Counted from the whole stretch's first letter, positions 9,763-19,194 are shown. The stretch is DNA of 62,612 nt, filler included, from Candidatus Rokuibacteriota bacterium (GCA_031406795.1; 4 parts of 4 records of this genome joined end to end with filler, not necessarily neighbours in it), one strand, 5' to 3'. Numbers and translations are program-made. The notes: generated by a model not told the origin, from the letters alone.

Positions 9763-10258
9763 AGTGCTTGATGTAGCCGGTGGCGCGGACGAAGGTGACC
9801 TTCAGGTTCGCGACCGCTTCCTTGAGCAGCTTGGCTTCTTCCTCGCTCAGGTTGCCCTTCGTCTTCTCCTCGAGTACCCCGAGGACGTCGATGTGCCAGC
9901 TGGCGATCGGGAAGTTCGCCATCGACTGCCCGGTCTTCGGGTCGTCGAACAGCCCCATGAAGGCCAGCCCTTCCTGGTAGAGCTTGCCGATGAGTTGCAG
10001 GAAGTCCGCCGGCCCCGGAACCCCGGGAGCACCCCCGGCCTCGTTGAGCCCGTGATCGGCTCCCAGGTCCAGGTCCGCGTGCTCCGCAGGAGCTTCGGCG
10101 GGTGCCGGGGCCGCGGGGGGCGCCGGCTCGGGCGCCCGTTCGGGCGACGGCGCGGGAGCAGACGCCGCGGCCTCTACGGCTGGTTCCTCGTAGCGCTTGC
10201 GCCGGTCGGAGACCTTGAAGCCCTGCGGCTGCCCTTCCTTGTCGCGTTCGTCGCTCAT
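9761..10258 (-). CDS. DUF1844 domain protein
   Basis: FKVSDRR N-terminus, Pro/Ala linker, IDVLGVLEEKTKGNLSEEE. Confidence 0.8.
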   Translation of the reverse strand: MSDERDKEGQPQGFKVSDRRKRYEEPAVEAAASAPAPSPERAPEPAPPAAPAPAEAPAEHADLDLGADHGLNEAGGAPGVPGPADFLQLIGKLYQEGLAFMGLFDDPKTGQSMANFPIASWHIDVLGVLEEKTKGNLSEEEAKLLKEAVANLKVTFVRATGYIKH

Positions 10259-10352
10259 GCTATGATCCCCTCTGGTGTCGTTTCTGGTCAATGTCCCGGG
10301 CCGCTCCCCGGCGCGCCCGCACCGGGTGCAACACGAGGAGTATAGCCGAATC

Positions 10353-11144
10353 ATGGATGACGAGAACAGAGATTCCCCCGATCACGGTTTCGCGGGCTTC
10401 GTCGAACTCATGGCGCGGCTGCGCGCCCCGGACGGCTGCCCGTGGGACCGCAAACAGACCGCGGAATCGCTCAAACCCTACGTGATCGAAGAGGCCTACG
10501 AAGTCGTCGGGGCGATCGAGCAGGGCGACCAGCGCGAGATCTGCGAGGAACTCGGCGATCTGCTGCTGCAGGTGGTCTTCCAGGCCCGCGTTGCCGAGGA
10601 AGCCGGCCATTTCGCGATCAGGGACGTCGTGCGCGCCATCCACGAAAAACTCGTCCGGCGCCACCCGCACGTCTTCGGCGATGCCACGGCGGCCGATGCC
10701 GACGAAGTGGTGACGAACTGGGAGCGCATCAAGCAGGCCGAGAAGGCCGGCCGTTCGGTGGTCGAGGGCGTCGACCCCCGGCTGCCGGCGCTGCAGCGGG
10801 CCTGGCGCATGCAGAAAAAAGTCTCCAAGGTCGGATTCGACTGGGAGCGGCCCGAGGGCGCCCTCGAGAAGCTGCACGAGGAACTCGAGGAGTTCCGGGT
10901 CGCCCGCGAGACGGAGACGCCCGAGCGCGCGGAAGAAGAGATGGGGGACGCGCTCTTCGCGCTGGCGAACGTCGCGCGTCTGGCCGGAATCAACCCCGAA
11001 GAGGCGCTGAAGAAATCGTCGGCGAAGTTCGAGCGGCGCTTCCGCGCGGTCGAGGCGGGCCTGCGCGCAGCGAATGTCGACCCGGCGCAGGCCACCCTCG
11101 AGCAGATGGAGGCCATCTGGCAATCGGCAAAAAAGGACGAATAA
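10353..11144 (+). CDS. mazG: Nucleoside triphosphate pyrophosphohydrolase MazG
   Basis: GCPWDRKQT, EEAYE, EELGDLL, RRHPHVF, EEMGD. Confidence 0.95.
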   Translation: MDDENRDSPDHGFAGFVELMARLRAPDGCPWDRKQTAESLKPYVIEEAYEVVGAIEQGDQREICEELGDLLLQVVFQARVAEEAGHFAIRDVVRAIHEKLVRRHPHVFGDATAADADEVVTNWERIKQAEKAGRSVVEGVDPRLPALQRAWRMQKKVSKVGFDWERPEGALEKLHEELEEFRVARETETPERAEEEMGDALFALANVARLAGINPEEALKKSSAKFERRFRAVEAGLRAANVDPAQATLEQMEAIWQSAKKDE

Positions 11145-11158
11145 CTCTGCTGCTTGGG

Positions 11159-13471
11159 CTAACGGCCGGACTTCTGCAGCGCGTCCAGCGCCTCCTGGGC
11201 GGCTTTGCGCGACGTGAAGTCCGGGTCCTTCGCCAGCTGCATCTCGAGCTTCGCCACCGCCGAGCGGTCGCCGATACGCGCGAGGGCGTAGGCTGCGGTG
11301 GCCCGGACGTGCGCCGAGGGGTCTTCGAGGGCGGCCACGAGCGCCCCGGTCGCGTCGCGCGAGCCGATCTGTCCGAGGGCGTGCGCCGCGATGCCGCGCA
11401 CGCTGCTGCTCGTGTCGGCGAGGGTGCGCGTGAGCGCCGGCACCGCCCGCCGATCCTTGATCCCGCCCAGCGCGTAGGCCGCGTACAGGCGCACCTCCTC
11501 CGACTGGTTCCCGAGGAGTTCGATCAACGGTTCGACCGACGCCGGGTCGGCGATCTGGATCAGCGCCGTCGCCGAGTTCCGGCCCGTGTCCCCGGCGCTC
11601 TGAACCGCCTCCAGCAGCGGTGCCACCGCCCGCCGGTCGCGCACCTCGCCCATGACGCGGGCGACGCCCTCGCGGATCGCCTGGTCCGGCCCCTTGAGGC
11701 GCTCCTCGAGTTGCGGGAGAACATTGCCGTCGAGGCGCGTCAGCGCCTGCTCGGCGTACCAGCCCGTGCGCTCGTCCTTGAGGGCGGCGATCAGACTGTC
11801 GACGTCGCGGTTGCCGATCTTGTCGAGAATCCGCACGGCCAGCCAGCGGGTCTCCGGGTCGTTGAGCGAGGCGAGCAGCAGCCGGATTGAGATCCGGCCG
11901 CCGATGCTCATCAGGCCGACCGCGGCGTAGGTGCGCAGCGCCGGGTCTTTGTCGCGCAGCAGGGCCACGAGATACTCCTCCGCGCGCGGGTCGCCGATCT
12001 CGGTCAGCGCGATCGCCGCGAAGCGCCGCACCGCCGGGTTCGGGTCGTGCAGCCGCTGGATGATCGGCTCGACCGCGTCGGTCGCCTTGAGCTTGCCGAG
12101 CAGGTAGATCGCGCGGGTGAGCGGTTCCCCGCTCGCGCTGTCGAGCACCCCCGAGAGGCAGACCACTGCCGGCTGGCCCATGTTCAGAAACGCCAGTCGC
12201 AGGGAGTCCTGCAGGTCTTCGCCGGGCAGCGCGAGCAGCCTTCCGGCCAGCGCGCACGAGGTGACGGCCTGAATGTTGCCGAGAGCGGCGATCGCGCTCT
12301 TGACGACCTCGCGGTCGGGGTCGTTGATCATGGAGGTGACCGTTTCGCCGAGCGAGACGTCGCCGAGTCTCCCGAGCACGTCGAGCGCCCGCTGGCGCAC
12401 CCGGGGCCGAGGGTGGCGCAGCAACTGGGCGACGGCGGGGATCACCGAGCGCTCGCCGATGGCGATCAACGCTTCGGCGGCGGTGTCGAGCACGAGCGGG
12501 TCCGGGTCCTCCAGCAGCCGCAGCACACCGCGGGCGGCCTTCGGGTCGCGGATTTCGCCGAGCGCGTACGTGGCGTAGAGGCGCACGTTGCGATTTTCGG
12601 AGAACAGCGACTCGAGCAGCGGCTGCAGAGCGGGTTGACCGACGTTGACGAGCGCCTTTGCCGCGAGCCAGCCGATCTCCTCGCTCTCGAGAACCGCGAT
12701 CAGGGGGTGCACCATCGCGGGGTCGGAGATCTTGCCGAGCGCGTAGATGGCGTAGAGCCGGTTGTTCGGGTTCGGATCGCGCAGCTTGCCGATCAGGATC
12801 TCGACGACCTCGGGGCTGCCGAGGTTGTAGAGCGAGGTCGCCATGTTGACGACGGAGGCGTCCTCGATGCGCAGCGCCGCGAGCAGCGCCGCCTTGGCCC
12901 GCGGGTCGCCGATTTCTCCGAGCGCCGTCGCGGCGTACCCGCGGACGACCGGGTCGGGGTCCTTGAGCGCGCCGATGAGCGCGTCGGTGGCCGACTTATC
13001 GCGGATCATCCCGAGCGCGTAGGCGGCATGCTGCCGGATTTCCGCGTTCGGGTTGGCGAGCAGCGGCACGAGCGCGGGGACGGCCTCCGGCGCGCGGATC
13101 TCCCCGAGCGTGTAGGCGGCGAAACGCACCGTGTCGGCGTCGGGCGAGCGCAGCGCCTCGAGCAGGGCGGGGACCGCGGCCGCCTTGAGCTGGGAGACCT
13201 GGCGCACCGCCATCCAGCGCAGCTCTTCGTCGGGGAACAAGTCGACGAGGGCGCGGATGGCGTCCTGCGTCCCGAGGTCGCCGATCAGCTCGATGACCTT
13301 GTAGCGACCGAAGGGGCTCTCGGTCGTCAGGCGTTTCAAGAGCGAGTCGAGCTCCTCCCGGGCGTGGGCTGCCAACGGGCCCAGCAGCACGCAGCACAAC
13401 GCGGCCGCCAGTGCGGCGAATGCGCGGCGACGGCGTGGCGCCGGCTGCGGGGCTTTCTTGCGGGGGGGCAT
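11159..13471 (-). CDS. HEAT/PBS-lyase repeat protein with N-terminal export signal
   Basis: Roughly two dozen VR-x-x-AA-x-ALG-x-I-x-D repeats; RRRRAF plus hydrophobic stretch ending AHA; TTGACA-17-TACGAT promoter at 13510-13482. Confidence 0.85.
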   Translation of the reverse strand: MPPRKKAPQPAPRRRRAFAALAAALCCVLLGPLAAHAREELDSLLKRLTTESPFGRYKVIELIGDLGTQDAIRALVDLFPDEELRWMAVRQVSQLKAAAVPALLEALRSPDADTVRFAAYTLGEIRAPEAVPALVPLLANPNAEIRQHAAYALGMIRDKSATDALIGALKDPDPVVRGYAATALGEIGDPRAKAALLAALRIEDASVVNMATSLYNLGSPEVVEILIGKLRDPNPNNRLYAIYALGKISDPAMVHPLIAVLESEEIGWLAAKALVNVGQPALQPLLESLFSENRNVRLYATYALGEIRDPKAARGVLRLLEDPDPLVLDTAAEALIAIGERSVIPAVAQLLRHPRPRVRQRALDVLGRLGDVSLGETVTSMINDPDREVVKSAIAALGNIQAVTSCALAGRLLALPGEDLQDSLRLAFLNMGQPAVVCLSGVLDSASGEPLTRAIYLLGKLKATDAVEPIIQRLHDPNPAVRRFAAIALTEIGDPRAEEYLVALLRDKDPALRTYAAVGLMSIGGRISIRLLLASLNDPETRWLAVRILDKIGNRDVDSLIAALKDERTGWYAEQALTRLDGNVLPQLEERLKGPDQAIREGVARVMGEVRDRRAVAPLLEAVQSAGDTGRNSATALIQIADPASVEPLIELLGNQSEEVRLYAAYALGGIKDRRAVPALTRTLADTSSSVRGIAAHALGQIGSRDATGALVAALEDPSAHVRATAAYALARIGDRSAVAKLEMQLAKDPDFTSRKAAQEALDALQKSGR

Positions 13472-13524
13472 CGCGGGTGCTATCGTAGAAAGGAGACCAT
13501 GCCATGTCAAGAAATTCTGCCAGC

Positions 13525-13666
13525 GTCAGGCCGCTCAAAAAGGTCCAGGTGCAAGGCGCGCGAGGCCGAGGTGTGAGGCGCACTCCCTGTCCGCCGCAGC
13601 GCCTCCCCCCACTCGCAGGGGGCAAGGAGCGCACCGCCGCAGATGGGCCTTTTTCAGCGGCCTGAC
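13525..13666. repeat. 142-bp MITE-like structured repeat with terminal inverted repeats
   Basis: GTCAGGCCGCTCAAAAAGG ... CCTTTTTCAGCGGCCTGAC (19 bp, 1 mismatch); abuts the ATG at 13667. Confidence 0.85.
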
Positions 13667-16282
13667 ATGGAGATCATCACCTCCCATCTTGAGGCCGAGT
13701 TCGACTCGTTCGCCTCGATGGTCGCGGCGAAGAAGCTCTACCCGGGCGCGAAGCTCGTCTTTCCCGGCTCGCAGGAGCGGGCGCTGCGCGAGTTCCTCAA
13801 GGCCTCGCCGCGCCGCTTCGCGGTGACGCGGCTGCGGACGCTTGACCTCGCGCAGATCACCCGGATCATCCTCGTGGACACCCGCCGGCGCGACCGCATC
13901 GGCGCGCTTGCCGAGATCGCTTCCCGGCCCGGCGTGGAAGTGCACGTCTACGACCACCACCCCGCCAGCCCCGAGGATATCGCCGGGGCGGTCGAGGTGA
14001 TCGAGGAGGTTGGCGCCAACACCACCTTGATGGTCGAGCTGCTGCGCCGGCGAAGCCTCGCTCTTTCCCCCGAGGAGGCGACGCTGCTGGCGCTGGGCAT
14101 CTACGAGGACACCGGCTCGCTGACGTTCGACTCGACGACGCCCCGCGATCTTCAGGCCGCGGCCTGGCTCCTCGAACAGGGGGCGAATCTCCACGTCGTG
14201 GCGGACAACATCTCCCACGACCTGACGCCCGAACAGGTGCTGCTGCTCAACGACCTGCTGCGCTCGCTGCGGCGGCACACCATCAAAGGCGTGGAGGTCG
14301 GCGTGGCGTCGGCCTCGCGTCCGGGCTACATCGCCGACCTGTCGATTCTCACCGGCAAGCTCCGCGAGATGGAGAACATCGGCGCGGTCTTCACCGTGGT
14401 GCGCATGGGCGCGCGGGTCTTCGTGGTCGGGCGCAGTCGCGTCGGCGCGGTCGACGCCGGGGCGGTCGTCTCGCTGCTGGGCGGCGGCGGGCATCCGACG
14501 GCAGCCTCGGCCGCCGTGCGGGAGTCGCGGCTCGCGCCGGTCAGGAGCCGGTTGCTGGCGGCCCTGCGCGAGTCGGTCGTGCCGCCGCGCCTGGCCCGCG
14601 AGATCATGACCAGCCCGGTGACGAGCGTCGAGCGCGCCACGACGCTGGCGGCTGCGCGCAAGGTGCAGGCGCGCGCCGGGCTGAACGTGCTTCCCGTCGT
14701 CGAACGCGGGAGGTTCCTCGGGATCCTCGGGCGCCAGGCCGCCGAGAAAGCCGTGCGGCACGGGTTCGGCGAACACCCGGTTTCGGACTACATGAGCACC
14801 GACGTCGAGACGCTTCCCCCGACGGCACCGTTCGCCCGGATCGAGGAGGTCATGCTTGGTCGCGGCCAGCGCTTCCTCCCGGTGACCCGTGCGGGGCGCC
14901 TGGTCGGGGTGATCACCCGCACCGATTACCTGCGCGCGCTGCGGCTGGAGGCGGCGCGCGCGGCGCCGGCCGGCTCCAGCCGGCGCGCGCTGCCTCGGGA
15001 GATGCACCGGCGCGACGTGCGGGCGCTGATCCGCGAGCGGGTCGCCCCGGACGTGCAGCGACTGCTGACAACCATCGGCGAGGAGGCGGAGGCGGCCGGG
15101 TTGCGCTGCTATCTCGTGGGGGGCTGGGTGCGCGATCTGCTGCTGCACGAGGAGAATCTCGACCTCGACGTGATGGTCGAGGGCGACGGCGTCGCGTTCG
15201 CGCGTCGGCTCGGCGAGCGGCTCGGGGCGCGCGTGCACTCGCACCTGCGCTTCGAAACCGCGGTCGTCGCGCTGCCGGACGGGACGAAGATCGACGTCGC
15301 CACCGCTCGCGCCGAATATTACGAGGCGCCCGGGGCGCTGCCGACGGTCGTCCACGGCAACGTCAAGATGGACCTGCTGCGGCGCGACTTCACGATCAAC
15401 GCGCTGGCCGTGGCGCTGAACCCCGGGCGCTTTGGCACGCTGCTGGACTTCTTCGACGGCCTGCGGGATCTGCACGACCGGGTCGTCCAGGTGCTGCACA
15501 GCCTGAGCTTCGTCGAGGACCCGACCCGGGTCTTCCGGGCGATCCGCTTCGAACAGCGGCTGCACTTCAAGCTCGGGGAGACCACCCATCGGCTGATCCG
15601 GGACGCCGTCGCCAAGGGCCTCTTCGAGACGCTCGGCGGGCCGAGGATCTTCGGGGAACTCGCGCTGATTCTCAAGGAGCGCAACCCGCTGCCGGCGCTC
15701 GCGCGCATGGAGGAACTCGGCGTGCTGCGCTTCGTCCACCCGCGGGCGCGGGTCACGCGCGCGGGTCTGCGGCTGTTCGGTTCGCTGCGCCGGAAATTCG
15801 CGGCCCTCGGCGAGCAGGGCGCGGAGTGCTGCTGGCTGCTCTATCTCGCGGCGCTGTGCGAAGGGCTGGGGCCGCGCGGCGCGGCCGAACTGTGCGAGCG
15901 CCTCGCGATCCCGCCGCGCACGGCCGCGCGGCTCAAGACCCTGGTCACCGACGGCCGGCGCCTTCAGAAAGCGCTGGAAGCGGCGCGGCCGTGGGGGGCG
16001 TCGGTCGTGCACGCCCTGTTCGCCCCATGGCCGCGCGAGGTCGCGATCTACGTCTGGGCGCGCACGACCAGCCGGGGGGCGGGTGCGGCGGCGCGGGACT
16101 ACCTTGCCGCGGGCGCGGCGGTCGTCACCGAGCTTAAGGGGCGCGACCTGCTCGCCCTCGGGTATCGCCCGGGGCCGCAGTACCGGGAGATCCTCGACGC
16201 ATTGCTTGTCGAAAGGCTGGAGGGGCGCGTGAAAACGCGGGAGGAGGAACTGGCCTGGGTCACGGCACATTACGGCCGATGA
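13667..16282 (+). CDS. tRNA nucleotidyltransferase (likely A-adding) with DHH, DHHA1 and CBS domains
   Basis: YDHH, GIYEDTG, GGGGH, two CBS domains, VGGWVRD..DLDV, RRDFTINA, EDPTRVFRAIRF. Confidence 0.88.
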   Translation: MEIITSHLEAEFDSFASMVAAKKLYPGAKLVFPGSQERALREFLKASPRRFAVTRLRTLDLAQITRIILVDTRRRDRIGALAEIASRPGVEVHVYDHHPASPEDIAGAVEVIEEVGANTTLMVELLRRRSLALSPEEATLLALGIYEDTGSLTFDSTTPRDLQAAAWLLEQGANLHVVADNISHDLTPEQVLLLNDLLRSLRRHTIKGVEVGVASASRPGYIADLSILTGKLREMENIGAVFTVVRMGARVFVVGRSRVGAVDAGAVVSLLGGGGHPTAASAAVRESRLAPVRSRLLAALRESVVPPRLAREIMTSPVTSVERATTLAAARKVQARAGLNVLPVVERGRFLGILGRQAAEKAVRHGFGEHPVSDYMSTDVETLPPTAPFARIEEVMLGRGQRFLPVTRAGRLVGVITRTDYLRALRLEAARAAPAGSSRRALPREMHRRDVRALIRERVAPDVQRLLTTIGEEAEAAGLRCYLVGGWVRDLLLHEENLDLDVMVEGDGVAFARRLGERLGARVHSHLRFETAVVALPDGTKIDVATARAEYYEAPGALPTVVHGNVKMDLLRRDFTINALAVALNPGRFGTLLDFFDGLRDLHDRVVQVLHSLSFVEDPTRVFRAIRFEQRLHFKLGETTHRLIRDAVAKGLFETLGGPRIFGELALILKERNPLPALARMEELGVLRFVHPRARVTRAGLRLFGSLRRKFAALGEQGAECCWLLYLAALCEGLGPRGAAELCERLAIPPRTAARLKTLVTDGRRLQKALEAARPWGASVVHALFAPWPREVAIYVWARTTSRGAGAAARDYLAAGAAVVTELKGRDLLALGYRPGPQYREILDALLVERLEGRVKTREEELAWVTAHYGR

Positions 16283-16302
16283 TAAAGGCCCGTTTTTGGC
16301 CT

Positions 16303-16572
16303 GGGAGGGGGTGAACCCCTCCCCTACGCTTGCGCGGTTTCGGACTTTCTTCCCGCTGGGCTTCGGTGCGGCTGGTTGCTTGCCCACCGTACGCTCGCAC
16401 GGTTTCGTCGTAGGGGCGGAACCGGACGTTCTTCCCTGGTCAATGCAGTCTTATCGTCGGGGTGGAACCGGACGTTCTTCCCTGGTCAATGCAGTCTTAT
16501 CGTAGGGGCGGAACCGGACGTTCTTCCCTGGTCCATCCTGTCTTATCGTAGGGGCGGGGTTGATCCCCGCCC
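16303..16572. repeat. REP pair enclosing 3 x 46-bp tandem repeat
   Basis: Unit CGTAGGGGCGGAACCGGACGTTCTTCCCTGGTCAATGCAGTCTTAT at 16409, 16455 and 16501; flanking GTAG-type palindromes. Confidence 0.9.
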
Positions 16573-16665
16573 GGCTTGACGGATCGTCATTACCTCCGCG
16601 GTTTGGTGATTCCCCTGGTGTTTGTTAGGATGGCCCGCTATGCATGAGAGCTGGGGGGTCTTCTG

Positions 16666-17346
16666 ATGGGCGGCGGGCAGGGCATCGTCATCCAGATTTT
16701 CGCCCTCGTGCTGGCCGTCTGCTTCCACGAGGCGGCCCACGGTTGGGTGGCCTGGCGCAACGGCGATCCGACGGCCAAGCTCGCCGGGCGCATCACGCTC
16801 AACCCGATCCCGCACATCGACCTGTTCGGGACGATCCTCTTCCCGGCGATCCTGATGATCACCCAGGCGCCGATTCTCATCGGCTGGGCCAAGCCGGTGC
16901 CGGTGAACCCGCGCAACTTCACCAACCCCAAACGCGGCTTCACGCAGGTTTCGATCGCGGGGCCGGGAAGCAACATGCTGCTGGCGGTGATCGCCGCGAT
17001 CGCGCTGAAGATCTGGACCACGCTCGACCCCGGCCTGCATGAGTACCTGTACGGCTACCTGCTCGGTGACGGCGGTCTGCGCGGGGTCAGCGTCGCGCTG
17101 CCGTTGGCCCTCTTTCTGCTGCAGTCGGTCTACATCAACGTCGTGCTCGGGGTCTTCAATCTCTTCCCGATCCCGCCGCTCGACGGCGGTCACTTCCTGA
17201 TGGGTGTGCTGCCGCCGCGCCAGGCGATGACGCTCGCGAAGATCGAGCCTTACGGGATGTTCATCATCCTCGGGCTGGCCTACCTCGGGGTGATCAACCT
17301 CTTCGTGCGCCCGATCACCTCGCTGCTGTTGAAGGTCCTTCTGTAG
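16666..17346 (+). CDS. Site-2 protease family (M50) membrane metalloprotease
   Basis: HEAAH, AGPGSN, FNLFPIPPLDG. Confidence 0.92.
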   Translation: MGGGQGIVIQIFALVLAVCFHEAAHGWVAWRNGDPTAKLAGRITLNPIPHIDLFGTILFPAILMITQAPILIGWAKPVPVNPRNFTNPKRGFTQVSIAGPGSNMLLAVIAAIALKIWTTLDPGLHEYLYGYLLGDGGLRGVSVALPLALFLLQSVYINVVLGVFNLFPIPPLDGGHFLMGVLPPRQAMTLAKIEPYGMFIILGLAYLGVINLFVRPITSLLLKVLL

Positions 17347-17375
17347 CAGGCTGTTGAAAACGACCCGTCCGAGGC

Positions 17376-17525
17376 GGGAGGGGATGAACCCCTCCCCTAC
17401 GAACCGGGGATGGTACCCGTGGATGTCGGGTCGCGGGCCCTCTTCGCGGCCTCGTTGGCGATGCGACTCCCCTACGAACCGGGGATGGTACCCGTGGTCG
17501 TAGGGGCGGGATTCACTCCCGCCCA
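17376..17525. repeat. REP pair with a 31-bp direct repeat
   Basis: CTCCCCTACGAACCGGGGATGGTACCCGTGG at 17392 and 17467; terminal GTAGGGGCGGGATTCACTCCCGCCC. Confidence 0.85.
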
Positions 17526-17591
17526 AGTTTGTCACCCTTGCGCCTGGAGTGTGTCAAGCAGCTTGCCCGCAGCACCTGAGCAGGATACGAA

Positions 17592-18209
17592 ATGACGCTC
17601 TTGAAAGGCACGATCAAGACGCCCGGGCTGGTTGCCGTGGTGCTGTCGGCGGTTGCAGCGATGTGCGCTTCTGCTGTGTTCGCCGCGGCGGGACGGAGCC
17701 ACCCGACCGTCCCGGCGGGTGCCTCCTGTGTGACGGCGCAGTGCCATGTGCGGTTGCTCGAAGCCCCCGCCGGGAGCAAGGACGGCTCGGTCCACCAACC
17801 CGCGTCCGGGGGCGACTGCGTCTCCTGCCACGATATCGCGCTTCCCTCGGAGACGCGCTTCGTTATCGGCGCCCCAGCCGGCACTGCCGTCGGCCCGGAG
17901 AGCGCGCGCGCCTGGGATCTGACTCTCTGCACGGGGTGTCACGACGAAGGTCTACTCGCGCCGGATGCCCCACCGGGGACGACCGGGTTTGCCGATGCCA
18001 AGCGAAATCTGCACGCGCTGCACGTCCAGGCCGGCCGCGGCCGCCGCTGCCTGACCTGCCACGAGCCGCACGCCGCGCGCCAGCCGAAGCTGCTGCGCGA
18101 GCGGATACCGGCGCGTGGAAATGCGAAGATCGCCCAGCAATTCCGCGACGAGCCGAAGGGCGGCTGGTGCAGGACGGGGTGCCACGCCCCAAAGCACTAC
18201 GCCCGCTAG
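17592..18209 (+). CDS. Periplasmic multiheme (about 5 hemes) c-type cytochrome
   Basis: Signal peptide; CVTAQCH, CVSCH, CTGCH, CLTCH, CRTGCH. Confidence 0.85.
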   Translation: MTLLKGTIKTPGLVAVVLSAVAAMCASAVFAAAGRSHPTVPAGASCVTAQCHVRLLEAPAGSKDGSVHQPASGGDCVSCHDIALPSETRFVIGAPAGTAVGPESARAWDLTLCTGCHDEGLLAPDAPPGTTGFADAKRNLHALHVQAGRGRRCLTCHEPHAARQPKLLRERIPARGNAKIAQQFRDEPKGGWCRTGCHAPKHYAR

Positions 18210-18220
18210 GCCAAGACCGC

Positions 18221-18714
18221 CTACTCCTCGTCGTAATTGCGCCGCGCGAGGATCTTGCGCGGCCTGGCGCCGTCCGCCGGGCCGATCAGGCCGGCCTTCT
18301 CCATCGCCTCGATCATCCGCGCGGCCCGGTTGTAGCCGACCTTGAGCCGCCGCTGCACGTACGAGATCGAGGCCTGGCCGCTCTCGGAGACGACGGCGAC
18401 GGCCTGGTCGTACATCTCGTCCTGCTCGCCGTCCCCGCACTCGGCTGCGCCTGCCCCTTGAGGTGTTCGACGAGCCGCTTGACCTCGTCTTCCGAGACGA
18501 AGGCGCCATGGATGCGCTCGAGCTTGTTGGCGCCCGGCGGCAGGTAGAGCATGTCGCCCTTGCCGAGCAGCAACTCCGCGCCGTTGGCGTCGAGCACGAC
18601 GCGCGAGTCGATCTTGGACGAGACGTTGAAGGACATACGCACCGGCAGGTTCGCCTTGATGATGCCGGTGATGACGTTCGTCGAGGGGCGCTGCGTGGCT
18701 ATGACCAGGTGCAT
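18221..18714 (-). CDS. ftsK: DNA translocase FtsK, 3' part (5' cut by contig end; frameshift near 18440)
   Basis: [22 protein letters not shown] motor C-terminus; gamma domain [18 protein letters not shown] in another frame. Confidence 0.9.
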
Positions 18715-18814
18715 NNNNNNNNNNNNNNNNNNNNNNNNNNNNNNNNNNNNNNNNNNNNTTAATTAATTAANNNNNNNNNNNNNNNNNNNNNNNNNNNNNN
18801 NNNNNNNNNNNNNN
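18715..18814. other. Artificial contig linker
   Basis: N run with TTAATTAATTAA (stops in six frames). Confidence 0.99.
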
Positions 18815-18978
18815 CCTCAGGGTAACGACGTCTCGTGGGCTTGCGACTTTGAATCTCGGATACTCGTCGTCGTAGCTCTTCCCGCTGCTTCTCGATCATC
18901 CCGGCTCCTCCTTGTTTGGAGGCACCAGAATCACCCCTCAGCGCGTTGCCGACAAGACGGGGTAGGGCGAGGAGTTAC
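18815..18978 (-). mobile_element. Probable IS66-family left end with start of a TnpA-like ORF, cut by contig end
   Basis: Minus strand begins GTAACTCCTCGCCCTACCCCGTCTTG (IS66-like terminal repeat); GGAGG RBS then ATG at 18899, MIEKQREELRRRVSEIQSRKPTRRRYPE; interrupts the HTH remnant. Confidence 0.6.
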
Positions 18979-19096
18979 ACAGCAACGCAACCTCTCGCTG
19001 GAGGAGGCCGAGGTCCAGGCGCCTTTTCCGGAGGTGGTCGCCGATGGTCACAAGTGACGTAGGATATGGAATTGACAACGGCTTCTTTGCTTTCAA
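18979..19096 (-). pseudogene. XRE-HTH gene remnant (junction A)
   Basis: Translates LKAKKPLSIPYPTSLVTIGDHLRKRRLDLGLLQREVA, homologous to 36498-36944. Confidence 0.85.
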
Positions 19097-19098
19097 TG

Positions 19099-19194
19099 CG
19101 CACGATCGCGGACCTTGCGGGCGAGTCGAAGATTGGACTCGCTCACATCGCAGAGGCGATCCAGTATCGGGGGCGATCGCAGATCATCGATTAG
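19099..19194 (+). pseudogene. comM: comM/yifB extreme 3' fragment (junction A)
   Basis: RTIADLAGESKIGLAHIAEAIQYR. Confidence 0.85.

Noticed and set aside
13535-16387. Long antisense or alternate-frame ORFs (e.g. 13535-16387, 983-2659, the 5' extension of 50900-54409)
   Set aside because: Arg/Pro/Gly-rich shadows of real genes, expected at high GC
16409-16546. 46-bp tandem repeat as a CRISPR array
   Set aside because: Units are near-identical along their whole length with no unique spacers, they derive from REP ends, and no cas genes are present
18715-18814. TTAATTAATTAA palindrome inside N runs (also 37984 and 56767)
   Set aside because: Artificial concatenation linker
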